In this document: piece by piece, positions 31,748-43,397 of the stretch
Layout: each line of letters starts with the position of its first letter
How positions within the stretch are numbered: the stretch's first letter is position 1
Source of the DNA: Desulfobacterales bacterium
GTDB taxonomy: Bacteria > Desulfobacterota > Desulfobacteria > Desulfobacterales > UBA5852
Assembly: GCA_963674755.2 (NCBI GenBank)
Contig: CAXXVS010000003.1
Coordinates: 96,001-160,000 of the forward strand
Length of the DNA stretch: 64,000 nucleotides
Direction of reading: 5' to 3'
The notes under the pieces: generated by a model
The model's database searches: none
What the model was told of the DNA's origin: nothing
What the model saw: the letters and a program-made list of their open reading frames with translations, nothing else
Made by a program: the position numbers and the translations under genes

Positions 31748-32102
31748 TGGACGCGTAGAATTCCGACAACCCTAAGGTGCTAATCAGTGTCCGTTCTTAA
31801 ACGGTAGGTTTTGGTTCCTGGTCCCGCCATACAGCGCGGGATTTCACGTCTGATCGGTAGCACATCGGTGTTCAACCAAGCGCAGCCGGGCGTCCCGCTA
31901 AGCGGGAATTCCCATCTGATGGGTTCTTCAACGGTGGGTGCCCACAGGCGTAGACCGGCTGCGCCGAGGACCGACAGGAGGCGCGAACGCCGGCTTGTCC
32001 GCCAAAGGTGGCCTTATCCCCATTCGGGAACCCGGTCCACCGGCGGCGGGCCAGGGGCCGAAGGATGCCATTTAAGGATGGGCACGGAACAAAGGAGATG
32101 GC

Positions 32103-33845
32103 ATGGACCTCCACGGCGGCGATATCATCGCCCGCTTTCTGGCCGAACGTCAGGTAGCCTGCCTGTTTACCCTGTGCGGGGGGCATATCTCGCCGATCCT
32201 GGTGGCCGCCCGGGCAGCCGGTATCCGCATCGTCGATATGCGTCATGAAGTCAATGCAGTCTTTGCCGCCGATGCCACGGCACGCCTTACGGGCCGCCCG
32301 GGAGTGGCGGCCGTGACGGCCGGCCCCGGGGTGACCAACACCGTCACCGCGCTCAAGAATGCCGCCCTGGCCCAGTCGCCGGTGGTCCTCATCGGCGGTG
32401 CCGCCCCCACCGTCCTCAAAGGGCGCGGCGCCTTGCAGGACATCGACCAGACCAACCTGCTGCGCACGGTGGTCAAACAAACCTTCCGCATCAACCGCAA
32501 CTGCGACATTCTGTCGACCTTGGAAACCGCCTTTGCGACGGCCGCCAGCGGCGTCCTGGGCCCCGTGTTTGTGGAATGCCCCATCGATCTGCTCTACCCC
32601 GAGGATCTGGTGCGCCAGTGGTATGGGGGGCAAAAGCAGACGGCACCGTCCCGCAGCCTGCGGGAACGCCTGCTGCAGGCCTATCTGAACCGCCATGTGG
32701 ACCGCATGTTCGCCTGCAGCTTCGACACCATGGAAAGCGGCCCGTGGTCTCCCCCGGAAGACACGGTGGAGAGCGCCACCGTCTCCCAGGCGGCCCAAAT
32801 GTTGCGCCAAAGCCGGCAACCCGTGGCCGTCGTGGGCAGCCAGGCCCTGCTGCAGGCCGACCAGGCCGACGCCCTGGCCAAGGCCCTGGAGCGCATCGGT
32901 CTCCCCCTTTACCTCACCGGCATGGCCCGGGGTCTGATGGGGCGCTGTCATCCCCTGGCATTTCGTCACCAGCGCCGCCAGGCCCTCAAGGAGGCGGACA
33001 CCGTTCTCATGGCCGGCATGCCCTGCGACTTTCGCCTGGACTACGGCCGCAGCATCAACCGCCCGGCCACGATCATCGGGATCAATCGCAGCCGCCGGGA
33101 CCTGAAGCTCAACCGCAGCCCCCAGCTGGCCGCCGCCGCGGATCCCGGCCGGTTCCTGCAAGCCCTGGCGGAAAACGGGCCGTTTCCCGCCGAGCAGTGG
33201 GCGCCCTGGCACGAGGCCCTGCGCAAGCGGGAAGACGCCCGCGAGGCCGCCATCCGCTCCCAGGCGGCAACCCCCGTCGATGGCGTCAATCCCTTGCAGT
33301 TTTTGCAAACCCTGGAGGATTTTCTGGACGACCGGGCCCTGCTGGTGGCCGACGGCGGCGATTTCGTGGCCACGGCCGCCTACACCCTGCGCCCGCGGGG
33401 CCCCCTGTCCTGGCTCGATCCGGGCGTCTTCGGCACCCTGGGCGTGGGGGCCGGATTTGCGGCCGGCGCTACATTGTGCCGCCCTGAAGCCGAAGTCTGG
33501 CTGCTGTATGGGGACGGGTCGGCCGGCTACAGTCTGGCTGAATTCGACACCTTCGTGCGCCACCGACTGCCGGTGATCGCCGTGGTGGGCAACGATGCCG
33601 GCTGGTCCCAGATCGCCCGCGACCAGGTGAAGTATCTGCAGGACGACGTGGCCACCGTCCTGGCGCCCACGGCCTATGAACAGGTTGTGGAGGGCTTCGG
33701 CGCCAAGGGTCTCCGGGTGGCCCGGCCGGAAGACATCCTCCCTGCCCTGGAGGAGGCCCGCCGGACCGCGGCCGGCGGCCGACCGGTGCTGATCAACGTC
33801 CTCATCGGCCGCACGGACTTCCGCGAGGGCGCCATCTCCATGTAG
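32103..33845 (+). CDS. ThDP-dependent acetolactate synthase-like / 2-hydroxyacyl-CoA lyase-like enzyme
   Basis: [35 protein letters not shown]. Confidence 0.9.
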   Translation: MDLHGGDIIARFLAERQVACLFTLCGGHISPILVAARAAGIRIVDMRHEVNAVFAADATARLTGRPGVAAVTAGPGVTNTVTALKNAALAQSPVVLIGGAAPTVLKGRGALQDIDQTNLLRTVVKQTFRINRNCDILSTLETAFATAASGVLGPVFVECPIDLLYPEDLVRQWYGGQKQTAPSRSLRERLLQAYLNRHVDRMFACSFDTMESGPWSPPEDTVESATVSQAAQMLRQSRQPVAVVGSQALLQADQADALAKALERIGLPLYLTGMARGLMGRCHPLAFRHQRRQALKEADTVLMAGMPCDFRLDYGRSINRPATIIGINRSRRDLKLNRSPQLAAAADPGRFLQALAENGPFPAEQWAPWHEALRKREDAREAAIRSQAATPVDGVNPLQFLQTLEDFLDDRALLVADGGDFVATAAYTLRPRGPLSWLDPGVFGTLGVGAGFAAGATLCRPEAEVWLLYGDGSAGYSLAEFDTFVRHRLPVIAVVGNDAGWSQIARDQVKYLQDDVATVLAPTAYEQVVEGFGAKGLRVARPEDILPALEEARRTAAGGRPVLINVLIGRTDFREGAISM

Positions 33846-33866
33846 CGATCCGATCATTGGATCGGA

Positions 33867-34421
33867 TCATGCGGCATGGGCCGCTGAAAACTCCAGCGCT
33901 TCGAGATAAGCCTTCTCCATGGCCTCCCGCCCGGCTTTCACCCGCGCCCGCAAACCGTCGACCTCAACCAAGCCCCCGGGGATATCCCGTGCGATGGCCC
34001 GATGCAAATCCGGGCAGATGTACCAATCGCAAATCCAGGGGCGTGACGGATGGGGCAGGCGACAGCCGTGTGGCCCTAAATATCGGCAAGACGCGTTAAG
34101 ATCTTCGCGCAGTTGGTGGGGCGGCAGGGGCACCCCGTTCAGATGGAGGAGCAGCAAATCCTTGAAATCCAGCCAGACTTTGGCGTGCTGACAGCAAGGG
34201 GTGGCGCAGACCGCACAAGTGACCGCGGTCACCTCGTCGAAAAGGGCCGCCAGGCACCGACGGTGGTGGGCGATGGCGGCCGCCTGCCGGCGGGCCGGCG
34301 CCAGCCGCGCCCCGTTTGCGGCCAGGCTGTGTGCCAGAGCGTTCTGGGCCTCCGCCCACAGAGCTTCCGTGGCCCAGGGCACCGGCGCTCTGGCGGTGGC
34401 CGGCCCGCTTTCCCCTTTCAT
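33867..34421 (-). CDS. Cys-cluster hypothetical protein (YkgJ-like)
   Basis: CAVCATPCC, CRYLGPHGC, RPWICDWYIC. Confidence 0.6.
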   Translation of the reverse strand: MKGESGPATARAPVPWATEALWAEAQNALAHSLAANGARLAPARRQAAAIAHHRRCLAALFDEVTAVTCAVCATPCCQHAKVWLDFKDLLLLHLNGVPLPPHQLREDLNASCRYLGPHGCRLPHPSRPWICDWYICPDLHRAIARDIPGGLVEVDGLRARVKAGREAMEKAYLEALEFSAAHAA

Positions 34422-34446
34422 GAAAGCCCCGCCCTTTCCATCGCGC

Positions 34447-35190
34447 TCAAGAGCCGTCCCGCACACGTGAGACCGGCACCGGCTGCACCCAGCGGTTGGT
34501 TTCGCCATCATAAAACCATTTGTCCGGAAATCCCCGCCGTCGGGTGAAAGAAGGGTGCTCGGCCCAGTCCATGAGGGCTTCGTAGGCCTTCTGGAGGCGC
34601 CGGAAAGCGACCGGCGTGCCGCCCCGATCCGGATGGTGGCGCAAGGCCTGCTGCCGGTAGGCTTTTTTGACGATGCGATCCAGCTGGGGGGAGTCCAGGT
34701 CGCCCCGCTTGATTTTCAGCTGGATCAGCAGATGGTCCTTGATGGCCGGGCGGCGTTTTTCCACCGGCATGACCGTGCGGATATCCGCCGCCCCCTGGCG
34801 GGCCGTGCGCAGGAGGTATTGGGAAGCCCGGTATTTCTTGTTGGTGCGCCGCCGTTCGGTCCACCAGTCGTTGCCCAGCATATTGGCCATGCGGCTGAAA
34901 TCATCGGCCGGTGTGACCCCTGGACGACGCGCGTAAAAAAAACTGTAAATTTCCCGGGTGCCGTAGGGCAGGATATCCAGGACAATCACCCGGTCATCGA
35001 AATAAAAGGTGGCGTAGCGGGTCTGGAGCGCCCTGAGCAGGCCCGTGCGCACCTGGAGCTTGTAGCGCAGGCGCTGCCGGCATTCCACCGAACAATACTT
35101 GCGCCGCTGCATGTTCTCCCGCGTGCCGCAGGACAGGCAGGCGTTCCCGTTGGCACGGGGGATCGGTTGTGCATTGGCGGCGGACGTCAA
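34447..35190 (-). CDS. J-domain-containing protein with N-terminal Cys motif
   Basis: CLSC..YCSVEC; KKAYRQQALRHHPDRGG near the C-terminus; start uncertain. Confidence 0.8.
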   Translation of the reverse strand: MTSAANAQPIPRANGNACLSCGTRENMQRRKYCSVECRQRLRYKLQVRTGLLRALQTRYATFYFDDRVIVLDILPYGTREIYSFFYARRPGVTPADDFSRMANMLGNDWWTERRRTNKKYRASQYLLRTARQGAADIRTVMPVEKRRPAIKDHLLIQLKIKRGDLDSPQLDRIVKKAYRQQALRHHPDRGGTPVAFRRLQKAYEALMDWAEHPSFTRRRGFPDKWFYDGETNRWVQPVPVSRVRDGS

Positions 35191-35525
35191 TTTCCTGCAA
35201 CCTCACTATTATAACCGGCCCCGGCGCCGGGTCTCCAACACCCGGGGCCAGGCCGGCCGAATGTCCCACCCCGAGGCTTTTTTTTTGCCCGGCGATGGTT
35301 ATCATTGTTCCTGGCTTGACTTCGACCGGTATTCGTTCAGCCGGCTGTCGATAAGCAAGCATCAGGTCGAAAGGCAAGGCGCCGCCCGATGGGATACGCG
35401 CAGAAACCATCAGGGTTGTGAGCATTTTCGCGAGGGCGGGAACGCCGCATTTCGGCCTGAGGCGAAGCTTAGCCCCAGCCTGCCGGTCGATCCCATTGCT
35501 TCCCCCGTTCAAAGACGATCTTAAT

Positions 35526-38500
35526 ATGACCTTGTTAAAGATGAATGATCCGGCCATCAAAATCAAGGGGGCCTGCCAGCACAACCTGAAGAATCTGGAC
35601 CTGGAGATCCCCCTGCATCGCTTCACCGTGGTAACGGGCGTCAGTGGCTCCGGCAAGTCCTCCCTGGCCCTGGACACCCTCTACGCCGAGGGCCAGCGCC
35701 GCTATGTGGAAACTTTCTCGCCCTACGCCCGGCAGTTCATGGACCGTATGGACCGCCCGCAGGTGAAGACCATCACGGGCATTCCGCCGGCCATCGCCAT
35801 CGACCGCAAGGATCCCGTGCGCACCTCCCGCTCCACCGTGGGCACCATGACCGAGGTCACGGACTACGTCAAGCTGCTCTTCGCCCGCCTGGGGGTCCTG
35901 CACTGCGCGCAATGCGGGCAGGCGGTCATCCCCGAGACCCCCCAGGTCATCTGGGAGAGCCTCCGGGAACTCCCCCCGGACAGCCGGCTGATCGTGACCT
36001 TTCCCTTCGAGGCCCATCGTTTCGTGGAAACCGACGAGGACCACGGGACGCCGGATGCCAATCGGGTGCGGCAGACCTTGCAGCGCCTGGGCTTCGACCG
36101 TCTTTTCATGGACGGCCGGACCACCGACCTCTCCGCCTGGGACCCCGCCCAGGGCCCCCCCCGTCCGGACGTCATCGTCGACCGGGTGGTGCTGAGCCCC
36201 GAGCGGCGGCAGCGCATCCTGGATTCCCTGGAAATGGCCGCCCGCTTCGGCAACGGCCTTCTGGCCGTGCACACGGATTCCGAGCGCCACGACTTCAGCA
36301 CGGCCCTGCACTGCGCCCGCTGCGACCGGGCCTACGCCCCGCCCCTGCCCAACCTGTTTTCCTTCAACAGCCCCATCGGGGCCTGCGAGACCTGCCGCGG
36401 TTTCGGCCGGGTGATCGACATCGACCTGGACCTCATCATTCCCGACCCCCAGCGCACCCTGGCGGCGGGGGCCATCAAGCCCTGGGGCGGCTTCGACGAG
36501 GGCGGTAACCACCGCATGGAGTTCGACGATCTGATGGACTTCTGCCGCAAAGCGGGCATCCCCACCGACATTCCCTTCCGCCGGCTGAAAAAGGGCCAGC
36601 AACAGGCCATCATCGACGGCCGGGACGGCTACTACGGCATCCGGGGCTTTTTCCAATGGCTGGAAACCAAAACCTACAAGATGCCGGTGCGGGTCTTTCT
36701 CTCCCGCTACCGCAGCTATGACGTCTGTCCGGACTGCCGCGGCACGCGCTTTCAGCCCGCCGCGCTGCTCTACCGGCTGGAGGGACGCGATATCGCGGCG
36801 ATCTACGCCATGAATATCGACGGGGCCGCGGCCTTCTTTGACGCCTTGCAGGCCAAGATCCGCAACGAAGCCGACCAGCTGGTCTGGGACGAGGTCCGCA
36901 ACCGCATCCGCTATCTGCAGGACGTGGGGCTGGGCTATCTCACCCTGGACCGCCAGTCGCGCACCCTGTCCGGGGGCGAAGTCCAGCGGGTGTCCCTGGC
37001 CTCGGCCCTGGGATCCTCCCTGGTCAACACCCTCTATGTGCTCGACGAGCCCAGCATCGGCCTGCACCCCCGGGACAACCACCGCCTGATCGGCATCCTC
37101 AAGGGCCTGCGCCGCCTGGGCAACACCCTGGTGGTGGTGGAGCACGACCCCGACATCATCCGGGCCGGGGACTATATCCTGGACCTGGGTCCCCAGGCCG
37201 GCGAAAAGGGCGGCGAGCTGCAATATTTCGGCCCCACCACCGGCATCAACGGCTGCCTGACCGGCGCCTATCTGCGGGGGGAACGCACGATTCCCATGCC
37301 GGCCGCCCGGCGTCCGCCCGACCCCCACAAGCAGCTCGTCGTCCGGGGAGCGGCCGAGCACAACCTCCAGGGCATCGACGTGACCCTCCCCCTGGGCCTG
37401 CTGGTCTGTCTGACCGGGGTTTCCGGCTCCGGCAAGTCCACCCTGGCCGAAGAGATCCTTTTCCGCGCCCTCAAACGGGAGCTCGGTGATCCCCAGGGCA
37501 AGCCCGGACGGCATACGCGCCTCACGGGGGCCGGGCAGATCGCGGACGTCGTCCTGGTGGACCAGCGCCCCATCGGCCGCACCCCCCGGGCCAACGCCCT
37601 GACCTACACCAAGGCCATGGACCCCATCCGGCGTCTGCTGGCCGACACGGCCGATGCCCGGGAACGGGGCTACGGCCCCGGCTTTTTTTCGTTCAATGTG
37701 GACGGCGGCCGCTGCCCCACCTGCAAGGGCGAGGGGTTTGAAAAAATCGAGATGCAGTTCCTCTCGGACGTCTATGTGGCCTGCCCCCAGTGCAACGGAC
37801 GCCGCTTTACCGACCCGATCCTGGCCGTCCGCTACCGGGACCGCAATGTGGACGACATCCTGCAGATGACGGTGGACCAGGCCCTGGCCTTTTTCGCCGA
37901 CCGCAAGCCCGTCGTCACCGCCCTGGCGCCCCTGGCCGAGGTGGGCCTGGGCTACCTGCGCCTGGGCCAGCCCCTGAACACCCTCTCGGGGGGCGAGGCC
38001 CAGCGCCTCAAACTCTCCCGCTTCCTCACGGCCGATCCCAAGGAAACCGACGCCGGCCGGCTGCTCATTTTCGACGAGCCCACCACCGGCCTGCATTTCG
38101 AGGATATCCGCATCTTGCTGCAGGCCCTCCGGAGCATCGTGGACCGGGGCCACAGCGTGCTCGTGATCGAACACAACCTGGATGTCATCAAAACCGCCGA
38201 CTGGATCATCGATCTCGGACCGGAGGGCGGGGAAAAGGGCGGGCGCGTGGTGGCCGCGGGTACTCCGGAAACCATCGTGCGAACCAAGGCCTCCCATACC
38301 GGCCGCTACCTTGCAGAGGCCTTGTCACGCGCCCCTTCCCTTGATAATCGGCCGGTTTCCCAGGAGGTTCGGGACGCCCGCGCCGTATATGAATCCGGCG
38401 AACCCTCGGACGCCATCCGCATCCGGGGCGCCCGGGAGCACAACCTGCGGAATGTCAACGTGGACATCCCCCACAACGAGCTGGTGGTGCTGACCGGCGT

Positions 38501-40892
38501 CTCCGGCTCCGGCAAGTCCACCCTGGCCTTCGACATCCTGTTCGCCGAGGGCCAGCGCCGCTACCTGGAAAGTCTGGCGCCCTACGTGCGCCAGTACATG
38601 AAAATCCTGGAGCGGCCCGACGTGGACCTGGTCACCGGCCTGGCGCCCACCGTGGCCATCGAACAGCGCGTGAGCCATGCCAGCCGGCGCTCCACTGTGG
38701 CCACCCTGACGGAGATCTACCACTTCCTGCGCCTGATCTTCAGCAAGCTGGGGACACCCCACTGCACCGGCTGCCAGCGGCCCCTGACCGCCCAGTCGCC
38801 CAAGGACATCCTCAACCAGTTGAACACCCGCTATCCCAAGGGCGCCGGCTGGATCCTGGCTCCCAAGATCGCCGGCCGCAAGGGCTTTCACAAGGACGTC
38901 TTCAAGCTGGCGCTCAAGCGGGGCTTCAAGCGCGCCCGGGTGGACGGCAAACTGGTGGATATCGTGCCGGACATGGCCTTGAGCCGCTACCACGAGCACA
39001 CCATCGAGCTGGTGATCGGCAGCCTCGCCGCCAAGGACCGTGAGGGCCTGGTGGCCCGGGCCCTCAAAGAGGGCGACGGCGGCCTGATCGTCCTCAAGGG
39101 CAAACAAGAGGAGATCTTCAGCCGGCACGGGATCTGCCCCACCTGCGGCATCGGGGTGGCCAAGCTCGATCCCCGCCTGTTCTCCTTCAACAGTCCCCAG
39201 GGGGCCTGCCCCCGCTGCCACGGGCTGGGGGTGGAGGGCAGTGAAGACGACGAAAGGCCCGGTCGGATCTGCAGCGCCTGCGACGGCACCCGCCTGCGGC
39301 CGGAGGCCCTGGCCGTGAGATTGCAGAAGCAGTCCATCGGCGACCTGGTGCAGCTGCCGGCCCGGCGCCTGGAAGCCCTGCTGGCCAAATGGCGTTTCCC
39401 GACCCACCAGAGGGCCGTGGCCGACCCGGTCATGCGGGAGATCGCCACCCGCTTGGGCCTGCTCAATCATCTGGGATTGGGCTATTTGTCCCTGGGGCGC
39501 AGCGGCGAGACCCTGTCCGGGGGGGAAGCCCAGCGGGTGCGCCTGGCCGCCCAGCTGGGGTCCAATCTTACGGGCGTCGTCTATGTCCTGGACGAACCCA
39601 CCATCGGGCTGCATCCCAAGGACAACGGTATTCTGGTGAACGCCCTGCGGGAGCTGCGCGACCGGGGCAACACCATCGTGGTGGTGGAGCATGACGAGGA
39701 AACCATCCAGGCGGCCGATACCGTCATCGATTTGGGGCCCGGAGCCGGGGCCCAGGGCGGCCGCATCGTGGCCCAGGGCGGGTTGGAGGCCCTGCGCGCC
39801 ACGCCCGAGTCCGTCACGGGCGCCTTTATCGGCGTGCCCCACGCGGCCTCCGCTTCGCGCCAGCGGCCCTATCGCAAAAATCCCCGCATCAGCGTGACCG
39901 GGGCCGCGGCCAACAATCTCAAACGGATCCGGGCCGATTTCCCTCTGGGGTGCCTGATCGGGGTCACCGGGGTATCCGGCTCCGGCAAGTCGTCCCTCCT
40001 CAAGGAAGTGCTCTATAAAAACCTGGCCAACAAGCTCCACGACCGCGACGACCCGGCCGGGACCTGCCGCGGCATCACCGGCTGGAAGGCCGTGGACCGC
40101 GTCCTGGAGGTGGATCACAGCCCCATCGGCCGCACCCCGCGCTCGGTGCCGGCCTCCTACGTGGGCTTTTTGGCCGACATCCGCCAGCTGTTCGCCCGCA
40201 CGCCCGAGGCCCGCTCCCGGGGATACGCCCCGGGACGCTTTTCCTTCAATTTGACCGGCGGGCGCTGCGAGGCCTGCCAGGGGCAGGGCCATCCCAAGGT
40301 GGCCATGAGTTTCCTGCCCGACGTCTACGTGCCCTGCGAGGTCTGCCGGGGGGCGCGCTTCAACCCCGAGACCCTGGCCGTCACCTACCGGGGCAAATCC
40401 ATCGGCGACGTGCTGGACATGACCTTTGCCGACGCCCTGCAATTCTTCAGCGCGATTCCGTCCATCCGCCTGCCGGTACAGTTCGTCTGCGACATCGGCC
40501 TGGGCTATCTCAAACTGGGCCAGCCCAGCCCTACCCTCTCGGGGGGCGAGGCCCAGCGCATCAAGCTGGCCCGCCAACTGGCCAAACCCGGCCGGGGCAA
40601 GACCTTCTTCATCCTGGACGAACCCACCACGGGCCTGCACCTGGCCGACGTGACCCGCCTGCTGGACGTGCTCCAGACCCTGGTGGACCAGGGCCACACC
40701 GTGGCCGTGATCGAGCACAACCTGGACTTCATCCGGGCCGCGGACTACCTCATCGACCTGGGACCGGACGGCGGCGACCAGGGCGGCCGCATCGTGGCCC
40801 AGGGGTCGCCGGAGGAATGGCTGCGCAAGGGGGTTGAAACGCACACCGCCCGGGCGCTGCGGCAGATGGTGGGGGCCAGGCCGAACGGGTAG
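35526..40892 (+). CDS. uvrA: double-length excinuclease ABC subunit A (two fused UvrA units)
   Basis: four GVSGSGKS Walker A motifs, four LSGGE signatures, two AEGQRRY segments, Zn fingers; start 35526 or 35541. Confidence 0.95.
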   Translation: MTLLKMNDPAIKIKGACQHNLKNLDLEIPLHRFTVVTGVSGSGKSSLALDTLYAEGQRRYVETFSPYARQFMDRMDRPQVKTITGIPPAIAIDRKDPVRTSRSTVGTMTEVTDYVKLLFARLGVLHCAQCGQAVIPETPQVIWESLRELPPDSRLIVTFPFEAHRFVETDEDHGTPDANRVRQTLQRLGFDRLFMDGRTTDLSAWDPAQGPPRPDVIVDRVVLSPERRQRILDSLEMAARFGNGLLAVHTDSERHDFSTALHCARCDRAYAPPLPNLFSFNSPIGACETCRGFGRVIDIDLDLIIPDPQRTLAAGAIKPWGGFDEGGNHRMEFDDLMDFCRKAGIPTDIPFRRLKKGQQQAIIDGRDGYYGIRGFFQWLETKTYKMPVRVFLSRYRSYDVCPDCRGTRFQPAALLYRLEGRDIAAIYAMNIDGAAAFFDALQAKIRNEADQLVWDEVRNRIRYLQDVGLGYLTLDRQSRTLSGGEVQRVSLASALGSSLVNTLYVLDEPSIGLHPRDNHRLIGILKGLRRLGNTLVVVEHDPDIIRAGDYILDLGPQAGEKGGELQYFGPTTGINGCLTGAYLRGERTIPMPAARRPPDPHKQLVVRGAAEHNLQGIDVTLPLGLLVCLTGVSGSGKSTLAEEILFRALKRELGDPQGKPGRHTRLTGAGQIADVVLVDQRPIGRTPRANALTYTKAMDPIRRLLADTADARERGYGPGFFSFNVDGGRCPTCKGEGFEKIEMQFLSDVYVACPQCNGRRFTDPILAVRYRDRNVDDILQMTVDQALAFFADRKPVVTALAPLAEVGLGYLRLGQPLNTLSGGEAQRLKLSRFLTADPKETDAGRLLIFDEPTTGLHFEDIRILLQALRSIVDRGHSVLVIEHNLDVIKTADWIIDLGPEGGEKGGRVVAAGTPETIVRTKASHTGRYLAEALSRAPSLDNRPVSQEVRDARAVYESGEPSDAIRIRGAREHNLRNVNVDIPHNELVVLTGVSGSGKSTLAFDILFAEGQRRYLESLAPYVRQYMKILERPDVDLVTGLAPTVAIEQRVSHASRRSTVATLTEIYHFLRLIFSKLGTPHCTGCQRPLTAQSPKDILNQLNTRYPKGAGWILAPKIAGRKGFHKDVFKLALKRGFKRARVDGKLVDIVPDMALSRYHEHTIELVIGSLAAKDREGLVARALKEGDGGLIVLKGKQEEIFSRHGICPTCGIGVAKLDPRLFSFNSPQGACPRCHGLGVEGSEDDERPGRICSACDGTRLRPEALAVRLQKQSIGDLVQLPARRLEALLAKWRFPTHQRAVADPVMREIATRLGLLNHLGLGYLSLGRSGETLSGGEAQRVRLAAQLGSNLTGVVYVLDEPTIGLHPKDNGILVNALRELRDRGNTIVVVEHDEETIQAADTVIDLGPGAGAQGGRIVAQGGLEALRATPESVTGAFIGVPHAASASRQRPYRKNPRISVTGAAANNLKRIRADFPLGCLIGVTGVSGSGKSSLLKEVLYKNLANKLHDRDDPAGTCRGITGWKAVDRVLEVDHSPIGRTPRSVPASYVGFLADIRQLFARTPEARSRGYAPGRFSFNLTGGRCEACQGQGHPKVAMSFLPDVYVPCEVCRGARFNPETLAVTYRGKSIGDVLDMTFADALQFFSAIPSIRLPVQFVCDIGLGYLKLGQPSPTLSGGEAQRIKLARQLAKPGRGKTFFILDEPTTGLHLADVTRLLDVLQTLVDQGHTVAVIEHNLDFIRAADYLIDLGPDGGDQGGRIVAQGSPEEWLRKGVETHTARALRQMVGARPNG

Positions 40893-41081
40893 CCCTTTTG
40901 GTTTGAAGTAAAATTGATTTTTTCTTCTCTGCGAAGGTGGAGGCCTGTCGATGAGATTTTTTCCGGACAGCCCTTGAAGTCATGAATGCGCGATGACGGG
41001 AGGCTTTTCTGTACGGCTATGCAAATTTTTCAGAGAAGATGAATGCTGGCCGGTGGCTCGGCGTTCGGCAGGAACATGTGG

Positions 41082-41324
41082 TTATCCTTTGGGAAGTGAA
41101 TCCATCGCTTTGTCACTTGCCGTAACAAACGCCCGCACCGAACGGGTGATATCGGCTTCGGTGGTGGCCCAGGAGCAGACGCTGATGCGGATCACCGCGC
41201 TCCCCTGCCAGCTGGCGCCGCCCGCCCAGCACTCCCCCGAGGCCTGGACATTCCGCATGGTCTCAGACGTGATCCCATCGCTCCCGCAGGCGGCCAGCAC
41301 CTGGTTGGACACCACCTCAGTTTA
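41082..41324 (-). pseudogene. C-terminal fragment of a PLP-dependent (group II) decarboxylase
   Basis: EVVSNQV..GECWAGGASWQG..IRISVCSWATTEADI matches the decarboxylase C-terminus; N-terminal domain and PLP lysine absent. Confidence 0.7.
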
Positions 41325-41431
41325 TATTGTGGCAGGAAATGGCCGTGCTTTTGCTAATGCGCGGCGCAATGCCCTGTCGCACGCATAGATTCCTTACGCC
41401 CTAAGCAGATAGCATACCGCCAGAATGAAAC

Positions 41432-41743
41432 TCAGAACGCCTCGGTCCCGGTTCTGATTACCACGCTTTCCCGCAGCGGGGCCACCCGCGCCACGAATTC
41501 CGTCATGTGGGCCGTCGCGGAATGGGTCTCGAGCGCCGCGAGGGAGGCCCATTTCTCGAAGAGGGTCACCCGGTTGGGATCGATGGGCTCCTGGCGATCC
41601 GATCCGCTGTCGATCTCGCGCGTATAGTCGTACATCAGGCACCCGTCCTCGGCCAGGACAAGGGGGCGCACCTTCCGGCACTCCGCCAGAAAGGCCTCCA
41701 TTTTCCCCGGCTTGATCGTCATGCTGACAACGGAATAAATCAT
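41432..41743 (-). CDS. putative quinol/antibiotic biosynthesis monooxygenase (ABM)
   Basis: IKPGK..F, AEDGCLMY, EKWASLAALETH. Confidence 0.85.
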   Translation of the reverse strand: MIYSVVSMTIKPGKMEAFLAECRKVRPLVLAEDGCLMYDYTREIDSGSDRQEPIDPNRVTLFEKWASLAALETHSATAHMTEFVARVAPLRESVVIRTGTEAF

Positions 41744-41801
41744 CTCTGCTCCCTTCGGCCGATGGGCCTATTTCAAGGTGTTGCGATCAAACCGGATGTC
41801 T

Positions 41802-43013
41802 TCATCCCTTGCTCGCTGCAAGGTCTTCGATCGCCTTGCGGGTGACATTGTAACGTCCGATGGACGACCGGCTCAGTCCCACAACCGATCGGGGAAGGAT
41901 CAAGGCCTGCGCCGCGACGACGAGCAGGGGAACGATGCTCGGAAAGTCGCGCGTGACGGGTGTCAGCCCTTCGTGACTGCCGTTGAAAGCCTTCCGGCGC
42001 AGCAGGATCTCGGCCATTTTGAGCAGCACCGCCCGGCGCGTTCCAGCGTAAGCACCGGTCCCGAGAAGGATGGCCAGTGAACCGTGGGTCCGGACGCCGC
42101 ATTTGCCCGGAGGCGCCTCGGGCGGATGCGCGCCCCGGGAGAGGGCCAGTTGCAGGCCCGGCAGGTCGACGCCGCTGGCCGCAGCGTTGGCCGGCTCCAC
42201 CGTGCGGGGGTTGCATTCGATATAAAGCCGCTCGCCGTCCCTGAAGAGGTAGTCGAGGGTGAGGCCCCCGTGCCAGGCGAGATGCCGGCCGATTTTCGCC
42301 ATATCTTCCCGGGCCAGGGGGTGATCGACGCTCATGCGGCCCGCCGCACTCGGTCCGATCCCCACCGCGGTTTGCATGCTGGTATGGCACGCCACCAGGC
42401 GCCCATGATCGAAGAGCGCCTGCACCTGGGCATAGTCGCCCTTTGCGGCGGCCTGCCACATGAGCGGCTGGCCGTCTGAAACCTCAAGGAGCTCCTGGAA
42501 TGCCGCAACGGCGTCACCGTCGCTTTTCACCAGGCGGACACCGGATCCGGCCGTGCTGTAGGGCGTTTTGAGGTAGAAGGGCGGTAGTTTACCGGCCAGT
42601 TGCGCGATGGCGTCCAGGCGGCCCCATTGCGGCTGGGGCAGCCCGATGTCATCGAGCAGCCCGGCAAAGGCGATCTTGCTCTGGACGAGGGCGAAGGCCT
42701 CCGGGGCGGCCATGGCTGTTCCGGCTCCGGACCGCAGCCTCTTGCCAGCCGCGGCGAGCAGCCAGGCCTGTTCGTGGGTGGGCAGGAGGACATCGAACAT
42801 GCCCTTGTCGAGAACATGATTGACCGCCTCGAGATAACCGTCGGGGTCCGCGTTGGCGGGTGGGCAGGGATGAACCTTCCGGGTCCAGCGGCTGAAGCGG
42901 CAAAGGCAGGCGGGACTCGGATCGAGCACCTCGATCCAGTGCCCGGCCGGCCCCAGGACGCTCAGGAATTCCCGCGCCGTAAGACTCGATCCCTCCGTGA
43001 AAAGAACTTTCAT
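41802..43013 (-). CDS. ATP-grasp domain protein
   Basis: DVLLPTHE, LKTPYSTAGSGV, YIECNPR. Confidence 0.75.
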   Translation of the reverse strand: MKVLFTEGSSLTAREFLSVLGPAGHWIEVLDPSPACLCRFSRWTRKVHPCPPANADPDGYLEAVNHVLDKGMFDVLLPTHEQAWLLAAAGKRLRSGAGTAMAAPEAFALVQSKIAFAGLLDDIGLPQPQWGRLDAIAQLAGKLPPFYLKTPYSTAGSGVRLVKSDGDAVAAFQELLEVSDGQPLMWQAAAKGDYAQVQALFDHGRLVACHTSMQTAVGIGPSAAGRMSVDHPLAREDMAKIGRHLAWHGGLTLDYLFRDGERLYIECNPRTVEPANAAASGVDLPGLQLALSRGAHPPEAPPGKCGVRTHGSLAILLGTGAYAGTRRAVLLKMAEILLRRKAFNGSHEGLTPVTRDFPSIVPLLVVAAQALILPRSVVGLSRSSIGRYNVTRKAIEDLAASKG

Positions 43014-43162
43014 GGCCATGCAAACCCGGAACGCCATAACAAGGAGACGACGGCCGCCCCTTGAACCTGCTTCGGCAGCGGCAATAATGCATAGCAAATA
43101 TTATCCTTTTTATCTGCCAAAAATCTAATTTCGTTTTATTTTTGAGCGTTTGCCAAAAACCT

Positions 43163-43192
43163 TTGACAGCCTTGTGTTAATCAGATCATAAT
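43163..43192 (+). promoter_or_regulatory. putative sigma-70 promoter for the adhesin gene
   Basis: TTGACA-18 nt-CATAAT in an AT-rich divergent intergenic region. Confidence 0.45.
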
Positions 43193-43397
43193 TTCAAATT
43201 GTTCTGGGCCGTTACCAACCTGCGCTGCGGGAGGGGATACTCCCTTTTCGGCTTGGGGCCGGCCGCCCCAGCCCGAATATTTTGTGAAATGTTCGGGCTG
43301 GGGACAGAGCCGACGCTTCAAAGGGACAACGGCACAGAGTGGAAACCAGAGCGGATGCGGACATGACAACGACGACGGAACGGGAAAGGATGCGGAC

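Noticed and set aside
31760..32100. TPP riboswitch or RNase P RNA
   Set aside because: No CTGAGA core and no GAGGAAAGTCC; kept only as an unknown structure.
35535..40844. Very long antisense ORFs (920 and 839 aa), and similar ones at 20666-22345, 31872-33857 and 3932-5392
   Set aside because: Shadow frames of GC-rich genes with clear motifs on the other strand; no recognisable domains.
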